Below are positions 20,066 to 30,571 of a stretch of 64,000 nt of DNA, one piece after another. The position numbers were made by a program, and so were the translations under genes. The DNA comes from Phormidesmis sp. (GTDB lineage: Bacteria; Cyanobacteriota; Cyanobacteriia; Leptolyngbyales; Leptolyngbyaceae): contig CBDFJR010000002.1 of NCBI GenBank assembly GCA_965248535.1, positions 1,184,001 to 1,248,000 of the forward strand. The letters are read 5' to 3'. The notes under the pieces were generated by a model, which did no database searches, was not told the origin of the DNA, and was given only the letters and a program-made list of their open reading frames with translations. Position 1 is the first letter of the stretch. The number at the start of each line of letters is the position of its first letter.

Positions 20066-23000
20066 CTAATTGATTCTGACGCGGAAGCGCACAAAACCAA
20101 AGTTGCTGCCCGGCGTATTGGGAAGGTCTCCCAGCCCAAAAATCACAGACCCATTAGGATTCGTCTGATCTGGGCAGGCGTTTCCGGCAGGGAGAGGCGC
20201 TAAGGGCGAGAACACCGTGCCTCCTGATACGGGGGCAGTGGCGTTTTGCTGAATCTGCACCGTGTTGCCAATCAAAGTGGTGCCCGTCGGAATCTGGTCG
20301 CAGAGGTTTGTGGCAAAGGCAGGAGTCGCCCCATCGGACAGGAAGTAGACCGTGTAGGTCACCTCGTCTCCGGTGCGAATTTGGGAGCCGCCCGCGACTC
20401 TAATTTGCCCTTGAAGCGGAATTTGTGACCAACCAGGGGCGTTGTCGTTCAGCGTTGAAGGGTCATCTTGAATGGCATTAAAGTCAAACCCCGAAACGGT
20501 CGCACCGCCGCGAGTCACGTTGGTAATTCGCTTCACCAGCCGCAGCCCTTGACCGCCGATCCTCAAGCCAAAGTTCGCCGTCAAGATCGATTGCCGTGCG
20601 CCTAGCGTTACTGGCAGGGTGACGGGCGTAGTTGCATTGGCCCCTCCCGGTGGGGTAACCGTCACGGTGTAATTTCCAGGGGGCACATTGAGGAAGCTGT
20701 AGTTACCATTGGCATCCGTGATGGTGGTTCCGACAACGACTCCGGCCGCGTTTCTCAACGTCACGGTTGCCCCCCCAATGCCAGGATCACCTGGGTCAGC
20801 AATCCCATTGCCGTTGAGGTCATTGAAGACCAAAGTCCCGATCGTGCCAGGAGCTATTTGCAGACCAAAGGATCGGTTGATCGATCCGCCTGGGGGCGCT
20901 TGGGCCGCCGGAATTCCCTGGGGGTTGGACGTGGTGGTCGTAAACCCTGCGGGAGGGGTGACCACGATGGCGTACGTGATGCCGGGAGGCACGTTGGTGA
21001 ACAGGAAGTTACCTGCTGCATTCGTGGTCGTCGTCGCGATGGTGTTTCCGGCGGGATCGCGGAGCGAGACGGTGACATTTGGAATGCCCGGTTTTCCGGT
21101 TGGGTCGCCGTTCCCTACGTCATCTCGGAAAACAAGCGTGCCGATCGTGATCGGCGGTTGTCTGACTCCAAAGTCTACGGTGTCCAGGTTGGCCCCTGCC
21201 GGAAACGCCACGGTTTGACTCAGGCTCGGTGCCCCCGTCGGAGTGGTCGGCGAGAAGCCAGCCGCGAGGTTGCTAATCGTCACCGTGTATCCCGCAGGGT
21301 TGGCCGCAAGCAGCCCCGTGAAGCTATAGGTTCCCGTCGCGCTGGTGGTAGTAGTGCGGTTAACGGGATTGCCGCCACTGTCTGTGCCTGTTAGGGTGAC
21401 AGTGACTCCTGCTAGACCGGGTTCTAAGCCGTTTTGCAGGCCGTTGCCGTCAAAGTCGTTAAAGACCCGATCGCCCAAGGTTCCCGTTTGAGCAAACACC
21501 CCAAAATCTGCGGTGTCGATGGTTTGTCCAGAGCCGAGAGTGACTGCAATGGGCGTGGGCGTAGTGATTGTAGACCCAACGGGGGCAGCGGCGGTGATGG
21601 TGTAGCTACCAGGCGTGACATTGGTGAACTGGTAGTTCCCGGCGGCATTGGTGGTCGTGGTGGCGACGACGGCTCCGGCCTGGTTCCGCAGGGTCAGCGT
21701 GATTCCGGCCGCTCCCGTCGTTTCACCGGGATCTTGAACGCCGTTATTGTTGACATCGTTGAAGACAAAATCTCCGATCGTGCCAGGAAGTTGCCTAAAC
21801 CCAAAGTCAGCGGTCGGCACATTTTGACCGGGATTTAAGGTGGCGATCGTCTGCACCAAGGGGGTCGTATTTGAGAACCCAGCAGGCGGCGTGACGGTGA
21901 CCGTATAGTTGTTGCCCGGTGGCACATTGGTGAACTGGTAGTTGCCATTGGCATCGGTTACCAGCGTTCCCACAACGGCTCCGGCTGAGTCTCTTAGGGT
22001 CACGGTGGCTCCAGCGATGCCGACTTCTCCGGGATCTTGGGTGCCATTGCCGTTGAGATCGTTGAACACTGTGTCCCCGATCGCGCCAGGACTCTGCCGA
22101 ATCCCAAAATCGACCGTCTGGATGCTCTGCCCCGCAGTCAGCGTCACCGTTTGGGGATTGGGGTTAGTGGCAATAAAGCCCAGCGGCGGCGTGGCTGTCA
22201 CCGTGTAGGTTCCCGGCGAGAGCGTGGCAAACTGGTAGTTCCCAGAAGCATTCGTGACCACGGTTTGGTTGACCGGGGTGTTGTTGGTGTCTCGACCCGA
22301 AAGCGTTAGAGTCACCCCTGCAACTCCGGTTTCACCCGCCTCTTGGGTGCCGTTGCCGTTCGGATCGTTGAACACCGTATCCCCGATCGTGCCCGACCCT
22401 AGGGCGATGGTGGTAGTTTTGGTCACAATCTGCGGCGTGGGTGCTGGAGAACCAGACTGTCGCCGAATATTAGTATCTAGAAAAGAAGTTGCATTAATTT
22501 GCGTCACATCTTGGGGCGGCACTCCTGCATTGGGGGTCACCCGCAAAATAAAGCTGCCCGTCTGCCCGGCTGCCAGAACTCCGGTGTCGGGTATGCCGTT
22601 GCCATCCGTGTCAGGTAGAGGGTTGCCGGCAGCAGTGAGCAAAACTGCGGTGTAGTTGCCGTTTGTGCCTGTGAGCGAGAGATTGATCAGATCGGTGGTA
22701 AAAAAGTTGTTGGTGACGGTAAAGGGATGATCGACCGCCGTGCCAACCTCGGTTGCCCGCGTTGTATCGGGGGTAATCGTGAAGTTTCCGGCTCTGGTGG
22801 GCTGACGATCAAACAAAGGAATGGGATTTCCCGGTGCGGTGCCGAGGTTGGCTTGCAGCAGCGCTTGGTTGTTGGGGGTGTAGTTACTCAGCGTTATTGT
22901 CCAGATCCCGGCATTCGCCAGACCGTTGACGGGGACGATATCACCCCCATTGTTGAGATCGCCCCGGTTGTTCCAAATCGCGTTGTCTGAGCCAGTTCCC

Positions 23001-23782
23001 GCGATGACAGCCCCCGTTGGACTGGTGTAGGAGACAGTTCCGCTGTTGTCCAAATCGAAGTTGCGAAGAAACAGATTGGTAGTGCCCGGAGGAACTAGCG
23101 CATAAAACGGAACGGTGAGGTTTCCCCCAGTGTCTTGCTGAAAGGTGCCCAAAAGTTGCCCAATCAGCAGGTTAGACACCCCTGAAATCGAGATTTGGAA
23201 CCCGTTATCGTCGTCGTTGAGGCTAGGAGTCGTGTCGCCCGAAATTGGGCCTGCGCCTGTTTCACTCGTGATGATATAAACCCCAGGCGCAGTGATTGCC
23301 GGAAAGGTGATATCTGACGAAACCCCGATCGTGGTGGAAGCAGGAGGGGTTTGACTGCTAATCACCGCTCCGGTTGGGCCGAGAAGCTGAAAGCGGGTTG
23401 GGTCAGGGTTAGCGCCTCCAGCGCCGATTAGGTTGGCGTTGTTGTCCACCTCATCTCGCGGCCCATTGCTGCCAGCATCGATGATCGAGATGATGACGCT
23501 GCCGCCAGCACTGGTGATATCTGCTTGGGTAAGGTTGATGAAAAATTGGTGGCGTTGATAGCCCCCAGCTTTGCCCGGCTGATTGGTGGTGTACCAGTCT
23601 CCCACTCCTGCATTGCGAGCGGGCCCACTGGTCTGAAAGTTGAGTCCTGGAACGGATGGAAGAATGGTTTGAGCTTTAACCGGGCTAGGAGGGCACAGCA
23701 AGATTGCCAGGGTGCTGCCAGCCAGTAGGCACCAGAGTTTAGAGAAACGGCTGGTTAAATTTGTAGAAGCAGATGTTCGCAC
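20066..23782 (-). CDS. Large secreted adhesin-like protein with six SdrD-B-like repeats and a C-terminal DUF11-like domain
   Basis: Signal peptide; six IG(D/T)xVF(N/R)DxxxNG repeats; C-terminal GDEVTYTVYF...FGFVRFRVRIN. Confidence 0.85.
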   Translation of the reverse strand: MRTSASTNLTSRFSKLWCLLAGSTLAILLCPPSPVKAQTILPSVPGLNFQTSGPARNAGVGDWYTTNQPGKAGGYQRHQFFINLTQADITSAGGSVIISIIDAGSNGPRDEVDNNANLIGAGGANPDPTRFQLLGPTGAVISSQTPPASTTIGVSSDITFPAITAPGVYIITSETGAGPISGDTTPSLNDDDNGFQISISGVSNLLIGQLLGTFQQDTGGNLTVPFYALVPPGTTNLFLRNFDLDNSGTVSYTSPTGAVIAGTGSDNAIWNNRGDLNNGGDIVPVNGLANAGIWTITLSNYTPNNQALLQANLGTAPGNPIPLFDRQPTRAGNFTITPDTTRATEVGTAVDHPFTVTNNFFTTDLINLSLTGTNGNYTAVLLTAAGNPLPDTDGNGIPDTGVLAAGQTGSFILRVTPNAGVPPQDVTQINATSFLDTNIRRQSGSPAPTPQIVTKTTTIALGSGTIGDTVFNDPNGNGTQEAGETGVAGVTLTLSGRDTNNTPVNQTVVTNASGNYQFATLSPGTYTVTATPPLGFIATNPNPQTVTLTAGQSIQTVDFGIRQSPGAIGDTVFNDLNGNGTQDPGEVGIAGATVTLRDSAGAVVGTLVTDANGNYQFTNVPPGNNYTVTVTPPAGFSNTTPLVQTIATLNPGQNVPTADFGFRQLPGTIGDFVFNDVNNNGVQDPGETTGAAGITLTLRNQAGAVVATTTTNAAGNYQFTNVTPGSYTITAAAPVGSTITTPTPIAVTLGSGQTIDTADFGVFAQTGTLGDRVFNDFDGNGLQNGLEPGLAGVTVTLTGTDSGGNPVNRTTTTSATGTYSFTGLLAANPAGYTVTISNLAAGFSPTTPTGAPSLSQTVAFPAGANLDTVDFGVRQPPITIGTLVFRDDVGNGDPTGKPGIPNVTVSLRDPAGNTIATTTTNAAGNFLFTNVPPGITYAIVVTPPAGFTTTTSNPQGIPAAQAPPGGSINRSFGLQIAPGTIGTLVFNDLNGNGIADPGDPGIGGATVTLRNAAGVVVGTTITDANGNYSFLNVPPGNYTVTVTPPGGANATTPVTLPVTLGARQSILTANFGLRIGGQGLRLVKRITNVTRGGATVSGFDFNAIQDDPSTLNDNAPGWSQIPLQGQIRVAGGSQIRTGDEVTYTVYFLSDGATPAFATNLCDQIPTGTTLIGNTVQIQQNATAPVSGGTVFSPLAPLPAGNACPDQTNPNGSVIFGLGDLPNTPGSNFGFVRFRVRIN

Positions 23783-25905
23783 TATCTCATACCTCCTGCG
23801 GGTTCTAGTTGCAGGTCTTCTTCTTGGACGGTCACTTCAATGTTTCTGGCATCTTTGTAGATCAGTTCGACGCGCCGATCGCGGGCAAAATCTAAGCGGG
23901 TGTCTCCCTCAGAGATGAGTTGCCGTTCTCCAAACGATCGGAGGGTCATGCGAGATGGATCAACGCCTTTGCGGATTAAGTAGTTGCGGGCTGAGATAGC
24001 CCGTCGCTTGCCTAAATCGAGGTTGTAGGCATCACTGGCGCGGGGATCGGTGTGTCCTTGAAGTTCCACAATAATGTTGGGGTTTTCTAACAGGACTTGA
24101 GCAATGCGATCGAGCACTTTGGCACTGGTGGGGCTGATGAAGTCTTTATCCAGCGCAAAGTGGACGTTTTTGGGCGTTTTGAGCACGATTGGGGTGGTCG
24201 GCGGCACCTCTGGAACAGGAGGCGCTTGGGCGATCGGCGGATTCGTGCAGCGTGGAACCGTGAGTAACGGAATTCTGCTGGAGGAGGTTGCTGAACTGTC
24301 TGCCGTTCTGACTAGGGCATTGATCGCGGGTTCTGAGGTGCCATAGGTTGGATCGGTGGCGATCGCGCTAACCCGTTCTCCTGACTTCAGGGCAGTTGCC
24401 ATAAAGGTGAACTGTCCCTGACTATCGACCGGAATTGATCCAATCGGGTCACCTAATGGGCCGGCCGAGTCTTCACCACTGACGCGATAGATCTGAACCT
24501 GGGAGCCGGGATCAGCTTTCCCCGTCAGTTGAGCCTGATTGCCCGACAGCATGAACTCTCTAGACGCAAATTCGGGGGCGTTGATTGCCGCGTTGGCCGT
24601 GTCTTTGCGACGGTTGGGCGAGTTGCGTTTGGGATTAATGCCATCGCCGCGCTGATAGTCGTGGACGCTGACATTATCTTGCGTGACTAAATCGATGCTG
24701 AGTCCTTCAAGTCTTGAGAAGCGGTTGCTTTCAATCACATTGCGACTGCTGCGCGGAAAGGACGCGACAACTACGCCGGGGCCGGCTTGGTTAGCGATCG
24801 TGTTGCCTGTCACCTGATGGTCATTGCCCATCAAATAAATGGCAGCGCGTCGATAGCGCCGACCGTTGTAGGTGATCTGGTTATCGCGAATCTGCGCTGC
24901 GCCTTCAGGCTTAAACAGGTAAACCCCTGCGCCATCGTTGCCGCAAATTAGGTTTCCGGTGACTTGGGCTTTGTCGATGTTGCCCTCAAGCCGAATCCCG
25001 TCTGGCATTCCGGCGATGCCGTTGCCGACGATCGCATTCTCACTCACGATTAAGTTATCTGCCCGCACCGAGGTAATCACCGCGCTGCCATCGTGATTGG
25101 CGATCCAGTTACGGCGAATGGTGGTGCCTGTGCTGTTAAACACCGACACGCCAAAGGCTGAAGTAGTTGGCGGAACACTCTGATCAGGACGAATGCCCAA
25201 CCAATTGTTCTCAATCAGAACATTTTTAGGTGGCACGTCATCGGGATAGAAGGCCGAGAAATTGGCTGGGGTTTTTTGCTTGCTGACATCAGGCGGGGGG
25301 AGCCGATGGGCGATGAAAATGTCCGCCGGGGGCGTTCTCTCGGTGTCGTCGTGGTTGTCTGTGAAGCCATAAATGCTTAAGCCGCGAATTGTGACGTGAT
25401 CAGCCACAACCGACAAACCACGCGGCACAAACGCGCCTTGACTAACTGTGAGTTCGACGATCGGGGCCGCTAGGGGCAACTCGGCGATCGCCGGAGTGTT
25501 GGCGGCATAGCCCATCTGCGTCGTACCGTCGATCACCACTGGAACAGCCAGATCGGGCAGCAGCTTAGACACTCGAATCACCGTTTGCCCGATCGGTAGC
25601 TGAAAGGTGATTTCTGAGGTCGCTCCCGGTGCCGTCGAGACTTGAGATTTTTCTGCCGCGCTGAGCCGATCGGGGGATAAAGTGCCGTTGACTAGCTCGA
25701 TCGCTTCTCGTAGGGTTAGCCCACCATCAGCCTGAACGCTGTCTTGATCACTATTGACCACCACTCGCAGCCGTGGTAGGGGGGTGCCTTGGGCTAGGAT
25801 CGGCGCTGTCGGCAGCCCTCCCATTAGGGTTAACAACAGCAGGGCAAGGAGTCTTGGTTTACCCATCACCCTGGTCTCTTTTTTCTGTCTTCGATTGCTT
25901 ATCAT
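23782..25905 (-). CDS. Secreted right-handed beta-helix protein with C-terminal OmpA-like peptidoglycan-binding domain
   Basis: LTLREAI N-motif, repeated N-x-I-x-x-N strands, HFALD...GHTD...YNLDLGKRRA...DRRVE. Confidence 0.88.
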   Translation of the reverse strand: MISNRRQKKETRVMGKPRLLALLLLTLMGGLPTAPILAQGTPLPRLRVVVNSDQDSVQADGGLTLREAIELVNGTLSPDRLSAAEKSQVSTAPGATSEITFQLPIGQTVIRVSKLLPDLAVPVVIDGTTQMGYAANTPAIAELPLAAPIVELTVSQGAFVPRGLSVVADHVTIRGLSIYGFTDNHDDTERTPPADIFIAHRLPPPDVSKQKTPANFSAFYPDDVPPKNVLIENNWLGIRPDQSVPPTTSAFGVSVFNSTGTTIRRNWIANHDGSAVITSVRADNLIVSENAIVGNGIAGMPDGIRLEGNIDKAQVTGNLICGNDGAGVYLFKPEGAAQIRDNQITYNGRRYRRAAIYLMGNDHQVTGNTIANQAGPGVVVASFPRSSRNVIESNRFSRLEGLSIDLVTQDNVSVHDYQRGDGINPKRNSPNRRKDTANAAINAPEFASREFMLSGNQAQLTGKADPGSQVQIYRVSGEDSAGPLGDPIGSIPVDSQGQFTFMATALKSGERVSAIATDPTYGTSEPAINALVRTADSSATSSSRIPLLTVPRCTNPPIAQAPPVPEVPPTTPIVLKTPKNVHFALDKDFISPTSAKVLDRIAQVLLENPNIIVELQGHTDPRASDAYNLDLGKRRAISARNYLIRKGVDPSRMTLRSFGERQLISEGDTRLDFARDRRVELIYKDARNIEVTVQEEDLQLEPAGGMR

Positions 25906-28900
25906 TGTCCTTCTCCCACAACCACGTTTGCAGTCGGCGTTTGTCCAGCAGGTAATTGCGATTGCGTTGAAAAAGGCTGAAACACAGACGTTGGTGGCTG
26001 CGTTGCTGAGGATTGAGTTCCTGGCGTTGGTGACTGTGTTGTCGGTGGCGCTGCTGCGGTTGGTTTAATCTGTGACTCCTGCTGCTGCGGCGGCGCAACT
26101 TTTTGCAAGCCAAACCCATTAAAGAGTTCGTTCACCTTAAAGGAGAGAGTGGCGTAGAAGCCCCCCTGCGATCGGCTGCCGTTGAAGTCGCGATCGTTGT
26201 TGATGTTTCCAAAGCTATAGCCGCCTGCAACCCTCAAGTTAGGCGTGAGATAATAGCCCGCTTCGAGCAAAAATCCGACTTCGTTAAAGCCCGTGATGGA
26301 CTGGCCGATCCACCGCACTTCGCCGCCCAAATCCCAGTTATAGCCCAGTCGATAGGTGGCGCGTAGCTGAGTTAACGAGATGAAGTTGGTGCCGACGAGA
26401 TCCCGTGCTGAAAAGGATTGTGTGTTGCGTAGGGCGTATTTGCCAAAGAACTCCCATCGGAAGTTGGGGGCATAAATCGCTTCTAAAGAGGCGAGATGCA
26501 CTTTTGAGCCAGTGCCACTGCCAAACAACAGCGTCGTCGGAGTCACCCCAGGGTTTTGCCGATATTCATAGCGAAACAGCATATTGAACTTATCGCTGTT
26601 GGGGTCGCGATAGGCCAAGCCGACCTTGATGTTAGAGGTGTCGCCCAAGCCCGTCAGCAATTGGTTAGAGGCGTTGGCTTGCTGGAAGCGCACCAAGGCA
26701 GTGATGGCTGGAGAGATTTTTCCGGCTGCTCCGGCTGACCAAACCGTGTTGTTGCCGATATCAGAGTTGCGACGCTCAAACCGCGCACTGGCCTTAAAGT
26801 CCGGGTTGTCGGTGTAATCAACTCCGACGCTGTAGCTGTCGCCAGAGTTGACCCCCAGCGAGGCAGAACTTTGCCCGACCGCGTAGGGTTGAGCAAACTG
26901 CTGACCTGCGGCGGTGTAGGCGAAGATGTCTCCAAAAATGCGCTCATAGCCGAGGTTAATTCTCAAGCCGGGAGACAGCACAATGCGGTGATTTAGCCCG
27001 ATCGCGCCCTGCCCTGTCACGCCACCATTCACCCCAGACAGCACGGCATAGCGCCCGGTGAGGGAGGTGTCATCGCTCAACCGCTGATCGACGAGGGTTT
27101 CTAAACTGGTGATCGAGTTGCTAGACGACTGCCCGCCAGAGAGAAACTGCTGCGCCAGTCGCATCGTCACGCCGGGATAGACCTTCCAGTCCAGTCCCAG
27201 GGTGGTGCGATCGGGATAGAGCGAATCATTAGTGCCCAAACTAAGTTCGTTTTGAGCACGGAAGGTGAGGCGATCGTTAAACGGCACCGATAGCCGCGAA
27301 ACCAGTTGGTTGCTGTCGTCGTTGAGATTGTTGGTAACGCGATCTTCGCGGCTGCGGTTGACCCAATCTAAACTGGCGGTGACGATGCCAAATTTTTGCT
27401 CAACGCCCGCGCTGATGGTGGTCAAGCTGTTGTCAACACGACCCGCCCGCAGCGGCTCCTGTCCGCACTGTGACAAACCGGGAGTTGTGCAAAAAACATT
27501 GCTGCTCAGGTCGAATAAATCGACTAACCCGATCGTGGCCGTCGAGGCAAATCCGAAATTTATTTCCCGATCGACCTGGGCCCGAACCTGAGTGTTTTCT
27601 CCTACCTTGGCTGCGACGTTTGCGCCATAGCGGGTTTGCCCCGGCGTAAAGCTAAAGGTGGCATTGTTAGAGAAATTTTCATCTGTCGAGCGATAATAGG
27701 CGCGAGTCAACAAGCCCGGAGTCAGCGTGGCTTTGGCCTCAATTCGATAAGCCGAACCCGACACCTTATCTGAGAAGGGATTGGCATTGTTCGATCGGGC
27801 ATATTCCGCCACAATCTGCCCATCTTTGCCAAACGAGAACAGCGCATCGGCTCCAAAAAGCTCAAAGTCTTGGCTGCCCCGGTCTTCGCGCAGATAGCTC
27901 AACCCTGCCCAGCTTTCTCGCTTGGTTTCGCGAGAGAAGTTATATTGCAGTCGCCCTGCATAAAGATTAGTGCCGCCCGTGCCTGCGCCGTCATATTCAT
28001 AAGTGACGACGATGCGTCGCACCAGCACCCGCCCAAACAGGTCAAACTCAGTCGCCTGCACGGGTCGGCGGAAAATAATCGTGCCCCGATCGTAGTCAAT
28101 CTCATAGTCCTGACCGCGATAAGCAGCCACCCGCTCTACCACGCTACCCGGACGGTTGATTTCCTCCGTCTCGATAAACACGTTTTCACTGCCGCCAATC
28201 ACCAAGCGCCGCGACAAGAAATAGTAGCCACTCGTGCCGTTAGCGGCGATCGTGTCGCGCTGAAACCCGTCCAAATTGTTGCCGTAAGCGGCCGTCGCTT
28301 GCAGATTGCCAAAGTTGTAATTGGCTTTGAAGCCGTGCAGTTGGCGAGTCGTGGCGGTGAAATATTGCGACGCGGTGGCAAACTCTTCGGTGCGATAGTC
28401 GCCCCACATGGCGTAGTTGTGTCCGCCTGAGGGGGAAGTCTGCTCAAGTTTGAGATAGACACTATCGATCGAAGGCGTTAGATAATCAACCGTTGAGCTA
28501 TCGCCATAGGTCGGATAGCTCTGATCGCAGAACTGAAGATCTCGAAACAGCCGCGTCGTGCCGTCGCAAGTCTCATTTAAGGGCCGCTGGTTGTTAAACG
28601 CCCCCGTCAACAGCCAGTTGCCCACTTTGCCCGTGGCAAAAAGAGAGGTGCTGACATCAAAACGAGCACCGCCTACGCCTTCGGGCAAGAAGTCTCGGTA
28701 GCGGCTATAGAAATCCGTTCCGCCTGCGCCGATGCGAAGGTTGATCGCCCCGGAGACCAGCGACGGCCGCAGATTGGTGATGAATTCAACGTCGGTGTAA
28801 GCTTCTAGATAGTCAGAATCCGGTTGCCCTGGCAGCGTTGTCGGAAACGCGAAGGGAGGCTCTGTCAGCTTCAGATCTTTTTTCGGCTCGTCGATCGCTG

Positions 28901-29564
28901 CCCGCACTCGCACCTTTTTTGGCTCTAGCGTGGACTGCAACTCAACCGAAAACCGACCTTGACGAGCGATAACTTGAAAGCCTGCCCGGTCAGTGTCCGC
29001 ATCTGCGCCAATAAACTTCCCGGCGCTGCTGGTCAGCGTCACCGTTGCATCTGCGTTGATGGGAACGCCTTTTTCGTCCACAATCTGTCCCGAAAGGGTG
29101 ACGGTTGAGCGACCGTCAGCAGGAATGCGCGATGCCGAAGCGGGAACGAGTTCGACCCGCACGATCACCGCCTTGACCGGACTAGCGATCGGCGCTACTA
29201 TTCCGCCGGGTGTAGGAGTAGCCGGATCTTGCGGAGCCGCAGGAGGCGCGATCGGGGCGACATCTTGCGGACTCGGCGCTTGCTCTCGCTGCGTCGGCTC
29301 TGGAACCTGAGCCGTTTGAGCTTTAGTTGGGTTAGCAACAACTGGCTGCACCCGATTCAGCGTCAGGGTCGCCGCCAGCCCTGAAGAATTGGGGAGCGGA
29401 GCGGCTTGAAATACGGGTTCTAGGTTGCCTGTGGTGCTCAGACCTGCTGACGCTTGAGGAAAAGACGGTAACTCAACGGCTCGACTGGCTGACGCGATCG
29501 TAATCACTCCAAAGGCAGAGGTCATTAAACTCAGCCCGAACTTAAATGATGAGAGATGTTGCAT
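25902..29564 (-). CDS. Large predicted outer-membrane beta-barrel protein with N-terminal Ig-like domain
   Basis: Signal peptide, Pro/Ala linker, PADGRSTVTL Ig-like domain, ~800 aa of amphipathic Gly/aromatic strands. Confidence 0.65.
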   Translation of the reverse strand: MQHLSSFKFGLSLMTSAFGVITIASASRAVELPSFPQASAGLSTTGNLEPVFQAAPLPNSSGLAATLTLNRVQPVVANPTKAQTAQVPEPTQREQAPSPQDVAPIAPPAAPQDPATPTPGGIVAPIASPVKAVIVRVELVPASASRIPADGRSTVTLSGQIVDEKGVPINADATVTLTSSAGKFIGADADTDRAGFQVIARQGRFSVELQSTLEPKKVRVRAAIDEPKKDLKLTEPPFAFPTTLPGQPDSDYLEAYTDVEFITNLRPSLVSGAINLRIGAGGTDFYSRYRDFLPEGVGGARFDVSTSLFATGKVGNWLLTGAFNNQRPLNETCDGTTRLFRDLQFCDQSYPTYGDSSTVDYLTPSIDSVYLKLEQTSPSGGHNYAMWGDYRTEEFATASQYFTATTRQLHGFKANYNFGNLQATAAYGNNLDGFQRDTIAANGTSGYYFLSRRLVIGGSENVFIETEEINRPGSVVERVAAYRGQDYEIDYDRGTIIFRRPVQATEFDLFGRVLVRRIVVTYEYDGAGTGGTNLYAGRLQYNFSRETKRESWAGLSYLREDRGSQDFELFGADALFSFGKDGQIVAEYARSNNANPFSDKVSGSAYRIEAKATLTPGLLTRAYYRSTDENFSNNATFSFTPGQTRYGANVAAKVGENTQVRAQVDREINFGFASTATIGLVDLFDLSSNVFCTTPGLSQCGQEPLRAGRVDNSLTTISAGVEQKFGIVTASLDWVNRSREDRVTNNLNDDSNQLVSRLSVPFNDRLTFRAQNELSLGTNDSLYPDRTTLGLDWKVYPGVTMRLAQQFLSGGQSSSNSITSLETLVDQRLSDDTSLTGRYAVLSGVNGGVTGQGAIGLNHRIVLSPGLRINLGYERIFGDIFAYTAAGQQFAQPYAVGQSSASLGVNSGDSYSVGVDYTDNPDFKASARFERRNSDIGNNTVWSAGAAGKISPAITALVRFQQANASNQLLTGLGDTSNIKVGLAYRDPNSDKFNMLFRYEYRQNPGVTPTTLLFGSGTGSKVHLASLEAIYAPNFRWEFFGKYALRNTQSFSARDLVGTNFISLTQLRATYRLGYNWDLGGEVRWIGQSITGFNEVGFLLEAGYYLTPNLRVAGGYSFGNINNDRDFNGSRSQGGFYATLSFKVNELFNGFGLQKVAPPQQQESQIKPTAAAPPTTQSPTPGTQSSATQPPTSVFQPFSTQSQLPAGQTPTANVVVGEGQ

Positions 29565-30571
29565 TACTTGCGCCGCCCCTCCCCAAAGGTTGGTGTCACT
29601 GCAAAATTCATTCTGACTAACCCGCTGGGCGCGACTTTGACCAAGCGTGATTGACTGTTGTTTTCAATGCGATAGCGGTTGGGGGCCAGGGTGTATCCGG
29701 GCAGGCTCGTCAAGTCGAGGGTGCCATTTCGGTAGCCTGCGATCACAAACTGAAGCGAGAATAAGCCGTTAGCATCGGTGGTGATGCGGTTGCCATCATC
29801 CATATAGATCACAGCATTGGGAACGCCCGGTTCTCCGGGCTGCTGTTCGCCGTCAAAGTTTTTATCGACGAACACACGACCGATGATGGTGCCACAGTCT
29901 GACAAGATGCCGTTACGAATTCGCAGCAGGTGGCTGGCTGTGTTGCTGGTCAGTAATCCCAGGGGGCTGGTTGCTTGGGCGACGGCCAGGTTGCGACCCG
30001 TGCCACGAATTGCGTCAGGGGACAGGACGGCGGCGTAGACGAGGGTGAGCGTTTGTTGGGGGGCGAGGGTGCCAGAGAAGCTGAAGGTGATCACCGATCG
30101 AGCGACCGTGGGCTGGGCCAGGCTGCTGCTGACATCGGTCGTGGTGCCTCCGGTCGTCAAGGAAGCTTTTTGTGACTTTGAAATGTATTGCAGACCGAGG
30201 GGAAGCGTGTCTCGCACCGTGATATTGCTTGCCGAAGCAGAGCCTGAATTGCGGATCACGAGGCGATAGATAATGGTGTCGCCGGGTTCGGCGGCGGCCC
30301 GATCGCCCGTTTTTACAAGTTCTAAACCGGGGCGACCTGCCACCGTGGCGGTCACAGAAGTTGGGTTGGAAGTGGCACCCTGAACAGGCGTAGCGGGATC
30401 AGCCGCAGGACGAAAATTGCCAGCCGCCGTGTTGACCACCTCGATCGCGGTCTGGCTATTTGCAGGCAAAATCCGATTATTAAAGCCTCCTGTCACCAGG
30501 AGCACTAATAGAAGACGCAGGAGTCCACTCCCCAACGGTTTTGTCGGGAAATTCATCAAAAACATCACCAC
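29564..30571 (-). CDS. DUF11 domain secreted protein
   Basis: LELVKTGDRAAAEPGDTIIYRLVIRN...DTLPLG (DUF11) followed by IIGRVFVDKNFDGEQQPGEPGV. Confidence 0.85.
   Translation of the reverse strand: MVMFLMNFPTKPLGSGLLRLLLVLLVTGGFNNRILPANSQTAIEVVNTAAGNFRPAADPATPVQGATSNPTSVTATVAGRPGLELVKTGDRAAAEPGDTIIYRLVIRNSGSASASNITVRDTLPLGLQYISKSQKASLTTGGTTTDVSSSLAQPTVARSVITFSFSGTLAPQQTLTLVYAAVLSPDAIRGTGRNLAVAQATSPLGLLTSNTASHLLRIRNGILSDCGTIIGRVFVDKNFDGEQQPGEPGVPNAVIYMDDGNRITTDANGLFSLQFVIAGYRNGTLDLTSLPGYTLAPNRYRIENNSQSRLVKVAPSGLVRMNFAVTPTFGEGRRK

Noticed and set aside
25902..29564. TonB-dependent receptor call
   Set aside because: No TonB box or plug signature recognised, no terminal Phe, and it ends in a low-complexity tail; left as a generic predicted barrel
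20246..30269. Many plus-strand ORFs over the surface operon
   Set aside because: Antisense shadows of biased, repetitive coding sequence
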